Positions 1 through 6,865 of a stretch of 14,869 bases of DNA are shown here, one piece after another. Location: the NCBI GenBank assembly GCA_046293555.1, contig JBKBOT010000035.1, forward strand, positions 1 through 14,869, read 5' to 3'. The stretch is from Pyrobaculum sp. (lineage in GTDB: Archaea > Thermoproteota > Thermoprotei > Thermoproteales > Thermoproteaceae). The notes beneath the pieces are model-generated. The model made no database searches. It was not told where the DNA came from and worked only from the letters and a program-made list of their open reading frames with translations. Positions within the stretch are counted from its first letter, which is position 1. Every line of letters starts with the position of its first letter. The translations under genes were made by a program, and so were the position numbers.

Positions 1-23
1 AATACATAAAAAGCACAGGGACG

Positions 24-389
24 ATGGTAATTGCTGTCATAATGGTGATGATTTTACTAGTAGCGATTGTATATCTTCTCGGGCCACCGCCGCCACCGCA
101 GAAGAAACCTGACGTAACTACTAATACTGCCAAACCACAACAGATTAATATAACTATAGTCAAGCCTGTGTATATATCTAGTGGAGGGAAATTATACCAA
201 TGTATCCCAAGGGACAACAAGACGTATGCATGTGTAGAAGTACAACAATTACAACCACAGAGCTCTTCCGGCTGGGAGTGGGTTCTCGCGTATCTCATCT
301 TAAAAGATTTGATCGGTTCGGAGCCAGATGATCATGTTGTCTATAGAGATCGTGTTATCTATAGGACTCATACCGTTCGACGACGATAA
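24..389 (+). CDS. Membrane-anchored hypothetical protein
   Basis: N-terminal hydrophobic helix (VIAVIMVMILLVAIVYLL), poly-Pro linker, N-x-T sequons (NIT, NKT), a Cys pair and a second short hydrophobic patch (WEWVLAYLIL). Confidence 0.75.
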   Translation: MVIAVIMVMILLVAIVYLLGPPPPPQKKPDVTTNTAKPQQINITIVKPVYISSGGKLYQCIPRDNKTYACVEVQQLQPQSSSGWEWVLAYLILKDLIGSEPDDHVVYRDRVIYRTHTVRRR

Positions 390-403
390 TGGTTAGCGTA
401 AGA

Positions 404-411
404 TTTAAATA
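404..411 (+). promoter_or_regulatory. Archaeal TATA box (leaderless promoter)
   Basis: TTTAAATA starts 27 nt before ATG 431. Similar spacing at 2488 (ATG 2514), 3192 (ATG 3217), 4192 (GTG 4219), 9974 (ATG 10001), 14465 (ATG 14490) and, on the minus strand, 2253 (ATG 2228). Confidence 0.7.
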
Positions 412-430
412 CTTGTAGTTTTTTATATCC

Positions 431-1342
431 ATGGATACAAAGAGATTAGTTAGAGAGCTTGTGGAAAGCCCTGAGCTTGTGACTGCTGTCGATGTGGTTA
501 GAGAGTTAACAAAACGTGGTATGAGTATAAGAGTCGCACAAGAGTATGTACGTAAATATGGCGGCAGTAGATTTGTTAACATTGGCCGTATTGGTGTAAA
601 GAAAGAGTATGCAATACAACTACTGGCAGAAACCGCCTCGATGGTAAAAAGGCTGCTAGCAGAGAGGAGGAAAAAGAGGCTGACAACCACAGAGGTGTAT
701 AAACACCTATGCGGCAATAGGGTTATGACGAATTCTCAAAGCATATTGCTCGGCGGTTTGTTGAGAAAAGTCGCTGCATATAAAGGTATGAGTAGGGGGC
801 GTCATTACGTGTTTTCCTACAGCCATTTGGCGCAGTTCCCCGACATAGAGCCCGTCTTGTTGAAAAAAATCCTCTGCGGTGGGTCCATCGACTGTAACGA
901 AATTGCCGATGTGGTGAGAGAGGTCGCTTGGCGGCAAGATGTGGTAACCTCAATCGATGTTGTAAACATTATATCCAAAAGCCTCGGGGTTGGGGAAGAT
1001 CAAGTTCAGCCATGTGTTGTCATGCATTTGGCGGAGTTGGTCCAGGCGGGACGGTTCCACCCGTTGGGCGATGTGTTGGTCAAGAGGGAGTACGTGGGCC
1101 AGCTGTTAGTTGAGGCCGCGGCTGCCGTGAAGTTTGTGTTGCAAGGCGGCGTGGCACGGATGGAGGACGTGGCCAAGGCCTTGTGTGGAGGTACGGCGGC
1201 TAGGCTACAGACGTTGGAAGCACTCATAGACGTGTTTGCAGAAAGTAGGAGTGAGGACGGCAGCCGCCAGTTCCGCGTGGAGAGGTTTACATATATTCCA
1301 GACGGTGAGCCACAACTGCTGAGGAGTGTGGTATGTCTATAA
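431..1342 (+). CDS. Hypothetical protein with internal ~150-aa duplication, possibly tandem winged-helix DNA-binding domains
   Basis: The halves align by eye: LVRELV..ELVTAVDVV / VVREVA..DVVTSIDVV; VKKEYAIQLLAE / VKREYVGQLLVE; KHLCG / KALCG; FPDIEPVLLKKILC / IPDGEPQLLRSVVC. Confidence 0.8.
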   Translation: MDTKRLVRELVESPELVTAVDVVRELTKRGMSIRVAQEYVRKYGGSRFVNIGRIGVKKEYAIQLLAETASMVKRLLAERRKKRLTTTEVYKHLCGNRVMTNSQSILLGGLLRKVAAYKGMSRGRHYVFSYSHLAQFPDIEPVLLKKILCGGSIDCNEIADVVREVAWRQDVVTSIDVVNIISKSLGVGEDQVQPCVVMHLAELVQAGRFHPLGDVLVKREYVGQLLVEAAAAVKFVLQGGVARMEDVAKALCGGTAARLQTLEALIDVFAESRSEDGSRQFRVERFTYIPDGEPQLLRSVVCL

Positions 1343-2040
1343 CCGTCCTTGTTGGAGAGGGGGATGTAGCTGAGGTGTTGTGGGAGCGATATAACGCCAC
1401 GTTTTACATCCCTGCAGGCAGGTCTAGCCTTATGGCTTTGTATAACTTGTGGAAGTACGTAGGTGAGGATGGAAGCATAGCTGCCGAGGTGGTCGTGATG
1501 AGTTTGCCTGCGGCGGTGCAAACGTTTTACGAGAACTTAGACCGTCTGAAGGGAGAGGACGGCCCGTTTGTGTATATCGCGAGGGAGTTGGAGGACGTCA
1601 TGGGAGGTCCAGTTGATGTAATCGTGAAAGACGACATAACAACAATCCGCCACATGGGCAAGCCCATTTGGGGGGCCCCGCTTGTCGTAAGGGAGTTGGC
1701 CCCACTGTATCTTTACGTCAAAGAGCTTCTGAGGCCCGGCGTCAACCTCTCCGTAGAGTTCCCGGAGGCCAACCTACATCCATGTGTCCAAGTCAAAGTC
1801 GCCGAGGTTTTGGCCAAACTGGTTGAGAGTGGGGTCAACGTGGCTGTTGTAACACATGGAGAGGCCTTCCTATGGCGACTGTCACATTTGGCGAGGAGGG
1901 GTCTGAGGGATAAAGTGAAAGTATTTCAAATCAGGGGTGGACAGCTGGAAGAGGTTGACATAGATAACATCCCGACGCTTGACGAGGTGTATAACTGGCT
2001 GTATGACGAAAGCATCAAGCTGAGATACAAAAGGGAGTAG
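1333..2040 (+). CDS. Degenerate ABC-type ATPase (AAA_15/AAA_21-like), probably catalytically inactive
   Basis: Retains YIPAGR, RELAPL, VEFPEANLHP.VQ (canonical IEEPEAHLHP..Q) and VAVVTHG (canonical TTHS). The N-terminal ITVLVG strand is not followed by a GKS/T P-loop. Overlaps the upstream gene by 10 nt, with GAGGAG upstream. Confidence 0.75.
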   Translation: MSITVLVGEGDVAEVLWERYNATFYIPAGRSSLMALYNLWKYVGEDGSIAAEVVVMSLPAAVQTFYENLDRLKGEDGPFVYIARELEDVMGGPVDVIVKDDITTIRHMGKPIWGAPLVVRELAPLYLYVKELLRPGVNLSVEFPEANLHPCVQVKVAEVLAKLVESGVNVAVVTHGEAFLWRLSHLARRGLRDKVKVFQIRGGQLEEVDIDNIPTLDEVYNWLYDESIKLRYKRE

Positions 2041-2045
2041 GTTTT

Positions 2046-2228
2046 TTACCCAACGTCTCTCGCCCTCCCCACCTTCCCTAAAAATCGATGTACCCTGGCC
2101 CTTGTGTATGGAGATCTTGCAACCGCTACGAGAACCCTCTTTGGCGGTATCTCCTTCACTATTACGGTGTAGCTAGACGTCTCGAAGGTCTTTCGAGCCG
2201 CCACGTCATAAAACTTCAATTTGGGCAT
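2046..2228 (-). CDS. cc1: Crenarchaeal chromatin protein CC1 homologue (copy 1)
   Basis: KLKFYDVAARKTFETSSY.VI.K...AVARSPYT matches the CC1 pattern as I recall it (KLKFYDxKAKxxFETDxYEVIEK...FAVAKSPYTG). 60 aa, basic, own TATA box. Confidence 0.85.
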   Translation of the reverse strand: MPKLKFYDVAARKTFETSSYTVIVKEIPPKRVLVAVARSPYTRARVHRFLGKVGRARDVG

Positions 2229-2321
2229 GTCATATAGCTTGTAGATATTTAAAAACTTAATTCTGTGGTGAGACTTTTAAATTTGTTTGTTTTATATGGA
2301 TCACATCACAAGCTACATGCC

Positions 2322-2477
2322 ATGGGAACGCTTATATCGATCACGTCGTTGTTCGTAGCATGGCATTTCGCCACGTCCATCGTGGTGGCTCCCATCAGCA
2401 TGTTACCACCGCGTTGGCGGTATATATATCGTGAAGACTTACCCCAAATAGATTTTTTGTATTTTCGACATTTGTAG
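2322..2477 (+). pseudogene. Short or truncated paralogue of the downstream membrane protein
   Basis: GTLISITSLFVAW resembles GNLMFITALFVAW in 2514..2987, then diverges and stops early. The start is uncertain. Confidence 0.4.
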
Positions 2478-2513
2478 AAGAGAACTGTTATAAATACACT
2501 CCATATTAAGATC

Positions 2514-2987
2514 ATGGAAAGTGAAAAGAGTGTGGGATGTTCCAACAACGATTGTCTTCTGAGACTCGTCGTTGGAAACTTAATGTTTATTACGGCATTA
2601 TTTGTAGCTTGGCAGATGGTTAAAATTATTCTATTTGGAATTACATTGCCTATGTTAAGACCTGAAAAAGAGTGGTGGATCCCCATTATCGAGACAGAGG
2701 GTGGGGCCATATTCCCGGCGGCTACAATATTTCTTCTATCTGGTGTAAACATATATGCAATAAAGTTTACATACAGTAGGTGTGGCATAATGGCGTTTAT
2801 TGTGCCCATGCTATTTGTTATCTGTTCGATTGCATACCTTGTCGGCAAAGATTTTATATTGCTAGCCATAGGGGCAGCTGCAGGCTTTATGTATATAGTT
2901 CTGCTGTCGTCGGGTCTATACCACTACTGTCTAGATTGTAGCTGTACTAGAAGAGATGAAGTACAGCCTTTAGAGGGGGGGATATGA
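2514..2987 (+). CDS. Multi-pass membrane protein (about 4 TM), Cys-rich termini
   Basis: Four hydrophobic segments; TTATAAATA 26 nt upstream. Confidence 0.8.
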   Translation: MESEKSVGCSNNDCLLRLVVGNLMFITALFVAWQMVKIILFGITLPMLRPEKEWWIPIIETEGGAIFPAATIFLLSGVNIYAIKFTYSRCGIMAFIVPMLFVICSIAYLVGKDFILLAIGAAAGFMYIVLLSSGLYHYCLDCSCTRRDEVQPLEGGI

Positions 2988-3127
2988 TATGGAGAGTGAT
3001 TGGGTTGTTGGTGTTGTTAGCCGTAGCTGTTGGCATTTATACTAACGATTGGGAGTTTGTAGTCACAGTTATCGGGTCTCTAGTGGCTATAGGTTTGATC
3101 AAACAAGTAAGGGTTGGGCAGTTGTGA
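2984..3127 (+). CDS. Small 2-TM membrane protein (47 aa, not in ORF track)
   Basis: My translation: MIWRVIGLLVLLAVAVGIYTNDWEFVVTVIGSLVAIGLIKQVRVGQL*. ATGA overlap with the upstream stop and a G-rich SD-like stretch. Confidence 0.7.
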   Translation: MIWRVIGLLVLLAVAVGIYTNDWEFVVTVIGSLVAIGLIKQVRVGQL

Positions 3128-3138
3128 TCTTCAACCTA

Positions 3139-3160
3139 CAAAACAGATAGTTTTTTTGTA
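3139..3160 (+). terminator. Possible oligo-T terminator within a weak inverted repeat
   Basis: TACAAAA...TTTTGTA arms with a T7 run, just after the membrane-protein operon. Confidence 0.35.
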
Positions 3161-3216
3161 AATATTTTTGCCTCTTGTCGTATGTAACTTATTTAAACGT
3201 ATGTATATTTAGAGTC

Positions 3217-4188
3217 ATGACAGTGATATACACGCCGGGACACAACTTGGTTACAGATACGTTGATTATACATGGTGTAGTTAAGTACATATCTGTGCTT
3301 GGGGTAAAAAACGCAGTCGTGGAGAGGGTGGGCGAGAGGTATAGAGTTGAGGCGGAGGGTGTGGGTAGTGGGAGGGTGGAGTTTGTTGAGCCCATCGTCA
3401 GAGCTATAAACGTCTATGAGGAATATGGTGATGCCAGGTTGTTAAAGGGCACTGTCACGTATAAGCTCATCCGTGGGGATATAGCGATGGGTGCGATGGG
3501 GCGGCTGCATGTGTTTAAAGCCGGGTTGACGTCTCTCTCTCCCAGCTGGCTGGAGGCGTTTATCGAGAACCATCATTGTGATGGGAAACACGTCCTGCCG
3601 CCGCACCTGTCTGCGGTTTTCAACCTTAGCGGCGAGCGGGGCGTATGTGACGTATGTTTCACCTTTGCAAACCTGGGCTTTCTCTACGGCGCGACTGTAG
3701 CCGTAATGAAGAAGCCGGGGAGGCGCGATGTGGTATACATGGTGCCTACGCCCCGTGGGAGGGCGGCGTGGGAGGATGTCTTCTTGATGCAACAAGTGGC
3801 AAGCTTGTTGGAAATATCTGTGGGGGACGTACCCACCCTGGCGGTGCCCGTGGTGTGGCTTTCGTGGGGCGCTGCGATGGATATCGTGGATGGGCCGTTC
3901 GATCTGTTGGTATGGCGCGTGGAGTCCATCAGGGGGCAGCTGAGGGTTATGGATTGGCACATCTTGGATCTGACCAAGCTTACAGACGTCGTTGTGGAGC
4001 TGTGGGATGGGACTACCGACTGGCCCAGATGTGTCAAGGTCACGCTCTATGGAAATCCACATGTGTTGGCCGATCTTGCTAACTATGCGACCCAAGGCGG
4101 CGATGGGCGTAAGGTGGCTCAAGGCCTGCTGTCTGGAAAAAACACGGCTAGGTTCTGCGCCGGGGCTGTGGAGGTGTTAGCTAAGTGA
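3217..4188 (+). CDS. cas8a2: Stand-alone, divergent type I-A CRISPR large-subunit homologue (Cas8a2/Csa4-like)
   Basis: N-terminal IYTPGHNLVTDTLIIHGVV and central VCDVCFTFANLGFLYG resemble Csa4/Cas8a2 motifs as I recall them (YTPGH...D.LI..G; CxxC..A.LG). Start moved to ATG 3217 because TTTAAAC lies 25 nt upstream. Confidence 0.65.
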   Translation: MTVIYTPGHNLVTDTLIIHGVVKYISVLGVKNAVVERVGERYRVEAEGVGSGRVEFVEPIVRAINVYEEYGDARLLKGTVTYKLIRGDIAMGAMGRLHVFKAGLTSLSPSWLEAFIENHHCDGKHVLPPHLSAVFNLSGERGVCDVCFTFANLGFLYGATVAVMKKPGRRDVVYMVPTPRGRAAWEDVFLMQQVASLLEISVGDVPTLAVPVVWLSWGAAMDIVDGPFDLLVWRVESIRGQLRVMDWHILDLTKLTDVVVELWDGTTDWPRCVKVTLYGNPHVLADLANYATQGGDGRKVAQGLLSGKNTARFCAGAVEVLAK

Positions 4189-4218
4189 TAATTTATATGT
4201 GATCTCTAATTCGACCTC

Positions 4219-4527
4219 GTGGCGATGAGATATGTTCACAAGATGGGCGATGTTCTTATCGATGTTGTTGAAAGATATTACCCGGAGGCTGCAGAGGAAT
4301 ACAGGCAATATGTAAAAAACGTGACGAGGGTTGCGGATATGTTGTTTAGGAGGGGGCGGGTGGATGAGGCCATGACGTATATACAGGCGTTGAGGCAGAT
4401 GTCGCTTGACGTCATAAACTCTTTAGATATAGATCCCAACGAGAGGGAGCTGTTAAAACGGGATATAGATGGCTACTTTGAAAACGTGGTGAGGGAGCTG
4501 GAGAAAAAAGCCCGGCCGGTTCTATAG
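4219..4527 (+). CDS. Small alpha-helical hypothetical protein
   Basis: Charged amphipathic helices; TTTATATG 27 nt before the GTG. Confidence 0.8.
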   Translation: MAMRYVHKMGDVLIDVVERYYPEAAEEYRQYVKNVTRVADMLFRRGRVDEAMTYIQALRQMSLDVINSLDIDPNERELLKRDIDGYFENVVRELEKKARPVL

Positions 4528-4776
4528 GTTCTTCAAAGCGTCGGCATATTTTTTCACAACCTCCTGCGGCATCTCTATCCCCATCTCCCTTGCCGTGACG
4601 TCTATAATGTTGTATATAACTTGTAGCTTCACCTTAGTTTTTTTTCCGCTTTTTGCCTCGTTTAACAGAGTTAGAAATATGTGACGATATTGTCTTACAA
4701 GACGTCTGTGTGGGGTATCTCTAAGAGCTTTTAGAAAGGCGTTTATGTACTCCTCAGCTACCTCATATACATCCAT
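4522..4776 (-). CDS. Small alpha-helical hypothetical protein
   Basis: 84-aa ORF with protein-like composition, upstream TTTAAATA, 6-nt convergent overlap with 4219..4527. Confidence 0.8.
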   Translation of the reverse strand: MDVYEVAEEYINAFLKALRDTPHRRLVRQYRHIFLTLLNEAKSGKKTKVKLQVIYNIIDVTAREMGIEMPQEVVKKYADALKNL

Positions 4777-4799
4777 GTCATATAATTTTATTTAAAAAG

Positions 4800-5138
4800 T
4801 TAGTTCATCAATGGTCTACCTCTAAACGGGGGGAATCTGTCGTGTAGGAGATCTATCATCTCTCTATATCTCTTAAACATCTCCATAGGTGGGTCCCTTC
4901 CGGCGAAGCCGCGCATTATATTTCTATATATATGAAACGCCACATGTAGATGTTTGACGGCCTCCTGTGGGTCATGTATCGACAAATTTATGGCGTTGTC
5001 CATAGACCTGTTTATTACGGCTATATACTCGTCTAGGAATTCTCTGTCTACAACGTCCTGGAGCTCCTCTTTAAAGTTTCCAATCATCTCTATTTTGAAT
5101 TCTTGAAGACTCTGTTGTATGTCTGGGCGACGTATCAT
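4800..5138 (-). CDS. Small alpha-helical hypothetical protein
   Basis: 112-aa ORF, amphipathic helical pattern, AT-rich upstream region. Confidence 0.8.
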   Translation of the reverse strand: MIRRPDIQQSLQEFKIEMIGNFKEELQDVVDREFLDEYIAVINRSMDNAINLSIHDPQEAVKHLHVAFHIYRNIMRGFAGRDPPMEMFKRYREMIDLLHDRFPPFRGRPLMN

Positions 5139-5186
5139 ATGTTAGAATTTAGAGATACATATATACATTCATTTTTAAGATGATAT

Positions 5187-5693
5187 ATGCCTATAGAAAA
5201 AATCTCAGTAAATAGCCACATTGCACGTGTTAGCGACGTATATCCATTGTTGTGGCTTGGAGAGAACGGCTATGCGATAACCCGCTACGGGAGGCTATAT
5301 ATGCTCGACGGCGAGCCGCTTGGCGTGGAGTATGTGGCAAAGCTGTCGGTCCCACAACGTTTCAACCCGGGCGTCTACATAGTTGGAGGTGGCGTAAAGC
5401 TCGGAGTCTACTACGTGTTGAATGTAGTTAAGGCTGTACGCGATGCGGTGAAGTATATAAACGTGGGGGAGACGCTGGCTGCGGCTGGACTGAAGCGTAC
5501 TACACATGTGGCTATCGTGCAGCACATCGAGACGCCGTATCCCCACACAGTCGATTTACGATATGTAAAAACGCTATTGTCGAACCCCCCGGTTAGATAT
5601 ATGGTGGCGTGTGGGGAGGTATACAAAGTGGTTGGGTGGGTGGATGGCCTAGACCAAATGTTTGCGTGTCATACAGACAACGGTCGTATATAA
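5187..5693 (+). CDS. Hypothetical protein (V/Y/G-rich, alpha/beta)
   Basis: Longest ORF between two AT-rich intergenic gaps; no recognised motif. Confidence 0.75.
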   Translation: MPIEKISVNSHIARVSDVYPLLWLGENGYAITRYGRLYMLDGEPLGVEYVAKLSVPQRFNPGVYIVGGGVKLGVYYVLNVVKAVRDAVKYINVGETLAAAGLKRTTHVAIVQHIETPYPHTVDLRYVKTLLSNPPVRYMVACGEVYKVVGWVDGLDQMFACHTDNGRI

Positions 5694-5743
5694 TATCTCT
5701 AGTTGTCGATATGGACCTTTTTAAATAGACTTTTTTATATATC

Positions 5744-6562
5744 ATGGACCCAATTCAGATCCCAAAGTTTTTAAACATGCATTTTCATAAATCTATGTGC
5801 GATCACAAGCCGATACAGATAGATGGCCAGTATGTATGTGTTGAATGCGGCGAGGTGTTAGGCCAAGTGGTGGACTTGCGGGGCGAGTGGCGTGACCCCG
5901 CATTGAGTCGCACCGGCCTCCTGTATGCCAACACCCCCATTGCGGCCACCTTCATGACGTTTATCAGCCACAAGCCCGGCAGAGATGCAGCCACGCTTAT
6001 AGCCACACAGAGGGCCGGCCTCTACGTGTCGGTAAAGGAGAGGCGGATTGTAAACGTGGCTGTGGAGATAGAGCGTCTAGGCAACATCATGGGCATGCCT
6101 CGACACATACGCCAACGTGCAAAAGAGCTCTACATACAGGCCCTAAACCGCGGCGATGTCCGTTGTAACGCCAAGGCGTCTGCAGCAGCTGCGCTTTATT
6201 TAGCCCTAAAGACCGCCAAGATGCCAAGGAGTTTTGACGAGTTTAAACACATAGAACATACGGGCAGGTGTCTAAACAGGCTAGCAGCAGCGTTGGGCAT
6301 GAAGGTGGGGCCGACAGATAGCGTCTACTACCTCGCAAAGCTTGCAGAGGCGTTGTCGCTCCCAACGAATGTAGTTAAGGCGGCTAAGGAATACATAAAG
6401 TCGGCCAGGAGAAGCGGCCGGACGGCCAAGGTGATTGCTGCTGCGGCTGTCTATAAGGCGGTGAATGAGATGGGGCTCGGGCTGTCCATATCCACTATTG
6501 CCAAGACCGCTGGCACATCGCCAAGCTCCATAAAGGAGGCGGTGGCAGCGATGTGGAAGTGA
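5744..6562 (+). CDS. tfb: Transcription initiation factor IIB (TFB) homologue, divergent
   Basis: Zn ribbon CDH...YVCVECGEV; B-reader-like GEWR..RTG; two cyclin repeats (AAAALYLALK...PRSFDE; SGRTAKVIAAAAVY); C-terminal HTH (ISTIAKTAGTSPSSIK). Alternative start at ATG 5795. Confidence 0.92.
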   Translation: MDPIQIPKFLNMHFHKSMCDHKPIQIDGQYVCVECGEVLGQVVDLRGEWRDPALSRTGLLYANTPIAATFMTFISHKPGRDAATLIATQRAGLYVSVKERRIVNVAVEIERLGNIMGMPRHIRQRAKELYIQALNRGDVRCNAKASAAAALYLALKTAKMPRSFDEFKHIEHTGRCLNRLAAALGMKVGPTDSVYYLAKLAEALSLPTNVVKAAKEYIKSARRSGRTAKVIAAAAVYKAVNEMGLGLSISTIAKTAGTSPSSIKEAVAAMWK

Positions 6563-6840
6563 TGACATATAGCGTTGTGACTAACTGTACCAGGGAGAAG
6601 CTAAGCCGCCCGGCGCCGGCGAGGGAGTTGTATAGGGGATCCTCTGTGAGAAACATCGTAAAGGCGGTAGATGAGGCGAGGGCGGGGGGCGTGGATGTGA
6701 AGCTATACATAATGCCCGCGGTATGTGAGCGGCGGGATGTCTATGTGTTATCGCCATATAGACCTCACTGCGGCGTTTGGATAAAAACCGGCAATTTTGA
6801 CAAACATCTTGTAGTCAAGAGGCTTCTCCTAAATACCTGA
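6562..6840 (+). CDS. DUF6884-like small protein, apparently shortened
   Basis: VVTNCTREKL..PAPARELYRGS resembles the CxxxK...PAxxLYxG motif. TGATG coupling to the tfb stop favours start 6562 over 6553. Confidence 0.5.
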   Translation: MTYSVVTNCTREKLSRPAPARELYRGSSVRNIVKAVDEARAGGVDVKLYIMPAVCERRDVYVLSPYRPHCGVWIKTGNFDKHLVVKRLLLNT

Positions 6841-6865
6841 TTTTTTTAAATCTAATTTTATCTTC

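Noticed and set aside
2306-2869. 187-aa minus-strand ORF
   Set aside because: Antisense to a membrane gene that has a correctly placed TATA box and a coupled downstream ORF.
3128-3160. Possible single degenerate CRISPR repeat upstream of the Cas8a2-like gene (…AAAACAGATAGTT)
   Set aside because: Only a short AT-rich resemblance to Pyrobaculum-type repeats, with no GAAA(C/G) end and no second copy. A terminator explains it better.
3442-4180. Alternative-frame ORFs within the Cas8a2-like gene
   Set aside because: Fully overlapping, with atypical composition and no promoter signals.
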